Positions 60,977-64,000 of a stretch of 64,000 nucleotides of DNA are shown one piece after another. Made by a program: the position numbers and the translations under genes. Origin of the DNA: an uncultured delta proteobacterium. Its GTDB lineage: Bacteria; Myxococcota_A; Polyangia; Polyangiales; Polyangiaceae. The notes under the pieces were generated by a model, which was not told the origin of the DNA, did no database searches, and saw only the letters and a list, made by a program, of their open reading frames with translations. How positions within the stretch are numbered: the stretch's first letter is position 1; every line of letters starts with the position of its first letter. The DNA is taken from NCBI GenBank assembly GCA_963841435.1, contig CAWJCS010000002.1:416001-480000 (forward strand), written 5' to 3'.

Positions 60977-62827
60977 ATGAGGTCCGGTTTCGCTGCATAC
61001 TCCCCGCTCCTGACCAGCCTTCTGCTGGCGTCCCCCGCGGGTGCGGCCACGCTCTACGTTTCACCGAATGGGACGTGGGCGCCGCCCGACTGCACCACGC
61101 GGGACACGCCGTGCAGCCTCGCGAGCGCGGCCGCCGGTGCCGTAGCCGGCGATACCGTCGTCCTCACTGACGGCGTCTACAAGGAGCCGCTCAGCCCGGT
61201 GAACTCCGGAACCACCTCGGCGTGGATCACCTACCAGGCCGACGAATGCTCGACGCCGATTCTCGAAGGCTCGGGCGCGGGTCCGATGGATGACATTCAG
61301 GACGGCGGCGTCGGCTCGGGGACGGCAGAGTACGTGCGCTTCAAAGGCATCGTCGCACGCGGCTTCAACATCGGCTTCGGCAACGGCTGGGTCGGCGGCC
61401 GGGACACCCCGGATATTTCCAACGGCCACTGGGAAATCGAGCACTGCATTTCCTATTCGAACGGCCGTACCGGTTTCACCTTCTTCAGCGCGGAAGGCTT
61501 CAGCCTCAAGCACTCCATTTCCGCGCACAACGGTAGCAGCGTCCTTCATTCCTGGTCGAGCGGCGTCACGCTGCTCGAGGCGATGGGGACGACCAACGTC
61601 GTCGATGGCAACATCTCGTTCGAAAATACCGACCGCGAGAAGCTCACCGACGGCAGCGGGTTCATCGTGGACGAGGAGTCGAACGGCGTCACCTTCATCA
61701 ACAACGTCGCGTTCGGTAACGCGGGCTCGTGCCTCCGCCTCACGCGCAGCTCGGGTACGCGCTTCATCAACAATACTTGCTACCACGACTCGCAGTTCGG
61801 CTCGCTCGCCACGGGGCCCACGAACCCTGGTGAAGTCTACTTTTCGAACGCAGGCGTCACGCTGGACGGCGTCACGTTCATGAACAACGTCATCATCGGC
61901 ACCGGGCAGAGCCCGGCGGGACCCGATCCGGTGGTGAATCAGCCGACACAGGGCTGGACCAACAACGTCGTGGCCACAGGCACGACGAACGTCTTCGCCG
62001 ATCCGGACGGCACGAACCCGAACCTCGTGCCGGCTTCCTCCGCGTCGAGCCTGCTCGGCAAGGGCATGAGCGGCAACGGCGTGCCCACGACCGACATCGG
62101 CTTCGATCCGAAGTGCATCGTGAAACGCAAGGCCGTCATGGTTGGCCAGGTCGCGGCCGAGCCCTGGTGGCAGTACGACGTCAACATCGATTACATCAAG
62201 AGCATCGGCGGGGTCGCGAAGTGCTTCGCGCCCCGCGCGCGCTCGGGCAACCTCGACATGGGCGCCTACAATGCCAGCATGGTCACCGCCAGCACGCCGG
62301 GCAATTGCACGCCGCCACCGGTCGGCATGGGTGGCATGGGCGGGACGGGTGGCATGGGCGGCACGACGGGCATGGCCGGCATGGACATGGGCGGCGGAGC
62401 GGGTACCGCCGGCAACAACGCGGGCGGCACGGACACGGCTGGCTCGGCCGGTTTGGGCACGGGTGGCGCTGGAAACGCGGCGGGCACGTCGGCAAGCGGC
62501 GGCACGGCCGGCGCGACGGGTGGATCCCCGGGCACGGGCGGAACGAACCCAACGGGTGACGGCGGCACCATGGCGACGGGAGGTGCCCCACCGGCCACGG
62601 GCGGCAGCACCGCAACCGGTGGCAGCACCGCAACCGGTGGCAGCACCGCGACCGGCGGCAGCGCCGTCACGGGGGCCGACGCGGGCACGGCCGATGAAGC
62701 GAGCGGCTGCGGCTGTCGTCTCGCACCCGAGAACGATCGCTCGCGTTCGCTTGCGGCCATGGTGCTGCTCGGCCTGAGCGCGCTCGGCTTCGCGAAGCGA
62801 CGGCGCTCGCGGGACACCGGGCGCTAA
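60977..62827 (+). CDS. Secreted beta-helix protein (PL9/pectate-lyase-like) with MYXO-CTERM-like tail
   Basis: Signal PAGA, LYVSPNG...AGDTVVLTDGVY, DGSGFIVD, NNVAFGN, NNTCY; Gly-rich linker; GCGCRL...hydrophobic...KRRRSR. Confidence 0.82.
   Translation: MRSGFAAYSPLLTSLLLASPAGAATLYVSPNGTWAPPDCTTRDTPCSLASAAAGAVAGDTVVLTDGVYKEPLSPVNSGTTSAWITYQADECSTPILEGSGAGPMDDIQDGGVGSGTAEYVRFKGIVARGFNIGFGNGWVGGRDTPDISNGHWEIEHCISYSNGRTGFTFFSAEGFSLKHSISAHNGSSVLHSWSSGVTLLEAMGTTNVVDGNISFENTDREKLTDGSGFIVDEESNGVTFINNVAFGNAGSCLRLTRSSGTRFINNTCYHDSQFGSLATGPTNPGEVYFSNAGVTLDGVTFMNNVIIGTGQSPAGPDPVVNQPTQGWTNNVVATGTTNVFADPDGTNPNLVPASSASSLLGKGMSGNGVPTTDIGFDPKCIVKRKAVMVGQVAAEPWWQYDVNIDYIKSIGGVAKCFAPRARSGNLDMGAYNASMVTASTPGNCTPPPVGMGGMGGTGGMGGTTGMAGMDMGGGAGTAGNNAGGTDTAGSAGLGTGGAGNAAGTSASGGTAGATGGSPGTGGTNPTGDGGTMATGGAPPATGGSTATGGSTATGGSTATGGSAVTGADAGTADEASGCGCRLAPENDRSRSLAAMVLLGLSALGFAKRRRSRDTGR
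62603..62662. repeat. 18-bp coding tandem repeat (GSTATG) in linker
   Basis: GGCAGCACCGCAACCGGT three times, the third slightly diverged. Confidence 0.75.
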
Positions 62828-62846
62828 CTAGAACCGCTCCGCCGCG

Positions 62847-63998
62847 TCAGCGACCGAGCACCCACGCGAGCCCGGCGAGGATATGCGGCTCGCCGAGCGT
62901 CGTGCTCGAGAGGTCCAGGTTGACCTTCGCGAAGTTCGTGTAGAAGACGCGCCCGAGTCCCTCCGTGCGCGCCCAGGAGACGGCGACGTCTTTCATGCTG
63001 CCGCCGCTCCACCGACACTTGACGAGGATGGTGCTGTCCGGAGCGAGGTAGTCCGTGTTGTCGAGGTTGCCCGAGTATTGGAACGTGGCCGGAAGCGCCG
63101 CGGTCGTCGGGTGCTCGGCGGTCGTGCGACACTCGCTGCTCCCCTCGAAGTTCTCGCTGCTCGCGCGACCGCCGATGAGCTCGTTGTAGAGGGCAGGGGG
63201 AGTGGCGGACTGAAATGTCACGTCGGCGCAGTGCGTGCCGAACAGGCCGCCCCCCATTTGGAGAAACTGCTTCAGCGCCTGCGACTCGGCCTCGCCGGAA
63301 GCACCTTGGCCGAACGGCGAAAAGCAGGTGTTGATCATGCCAACGACCGCATAACGGGCGAGGTTCGCATCGGTGAACACCGCCGGGTCCTCGGACTCGT
63401 TAACCTGAAGGTCGTAGCTTTCGAGCTTTTTCTTGTAGATGGCGAGCTGGGCGGGGACGGACGGGATGTCGAGTGTGCTGAACGAGTAGAGCAGCGCCCG
63501 CGCCGGGCGGTTCGATGCGCCACCCGAGCCCGAGGTCCCACCACTCGGTGCTCCCGCGCTCGAACCTGCCGCTCCTCCTGCCGCGGAGACGCCGGCCGAG
63601 CCGGCGTCGCTCACGGAGCCCGCGGCGCCAGCGGTCCCGCCGCTCGGGCCCGCCCCAGCGACGCCCGCGGAGCCCACCCCCGCGCCCGACGCGCCCGACG
63701 CGCCCGCGCCACCGACCGGCGGTGCTCCACCCGCGAATCCGCCCGTTGCGAGATCGCCGCCGGAACCGCCGAGCGAGCCCCCGAGGCCGGACGCTCCGGC
63801 GCTCCCGCTCGTGCCGGCGACACCCATGGTGCCAGCGCCACCTAGCGCGCCACCCGCACCGGACGCTCCGACCCCGCCTTCACCAGCGCCCGCCGGCGCC
63901 GAGCCGGGGTCTTCCTCGCAACCGAAGGCACACGCGGCGAGTATGGCGAGCCTTCCGATGACCGCTCTTTGGCGCGACAGCGTCAGCGAATATTTCGA
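62847..63998 (-). CDS. ThuA-domain lipoprotein, start lies beyond the window
   Basis: Frame is open to the edge (...LAILAACAFGCEEDP); Gly-rich linker; GGGLFGTHCAD, WARTEGLGRVFYTNF, HILAGLAW. Confidence 0.82.
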   Translation of the reverse strand, partial: SKYSLTLSRQRAVIGRLAILAACAFGCEEDPGSAPAGAGEGGVGASGAGGALGGAGTMGVAGTSGSAGASGLGGSLGGSGGDLATGGFAGGAPPVGGAGASGASGAGVGSAGVAGAGPSGGTAGAAGSVSDAGSAGVSAAGGAAGSSAGAPSGGTSGSGGASNRPARALLYSFSTLDIPSVPAQLAIYKKKLESYDLQVNESEDPAVFTDANLARYAVVGMINTCFSPFGQGASGEAESQALKQFLQMGGGLFGTHCADVTFQSATPPALYNELIGGRASSENFEGSSECRTTAEHPTTAALPATFQYSGNLDNTDYLAPDSTILVKCRWSGGSMKDVAVSWARTEGLGRVFYTNFAKVNLDLSSTTLGEPHILAGLAWVLGR

Positions 63999-64000
63999 GG

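Overview
High-GC bacterial DNA with the hallmarks of a myxobacterium, probably Polyangiaceae-like (inference): Gly-rich-linker lipoproteins, MYXO-CTERM-like tails, Hanks kinases, DUF1592/DUF1552 pairs and Cys-rich repeats. Left to right: two divergent paralogous Ser/Thr kinases; an HEXXH lipoprotein; a GT4-glycoside hydrolase pair; a globin-globin-(DUF4388-ParA/MinD) operon; a SEC-C protein; lipoproteins; S41 peptidase and TrxB-like gene fragments; a cytoplasmic signalling operon (10-PAS hybrid kinase with an exact 372-bp repeat array, single-domain receiver, multi-GAF/PAS hybrid kinase); two divergent STAS/SEC14-like paralogs; a GH141-like protein; an intact IS66 with a perfect 8-bp target duplication; an esterase; a beta-helix/EGF/LRR protein; a membrane TIR protein; a Tat-exported HiPIP with a structured leader; two DUF1592/DUF1552 pairs; a kinase-TPR/PEGA-Lcl module; Kelch and YciI genes; and a sugar-catabolism cluster. 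Three genes carry single-base +1 frameshifts that look like read errors. No rRNA, tRNA or CRISPR array was seen. All family calls come from motif recognition by eye, not database searches. The best candidate for an undescribed system is the tandem-globin/DUF4388-ParA operon.
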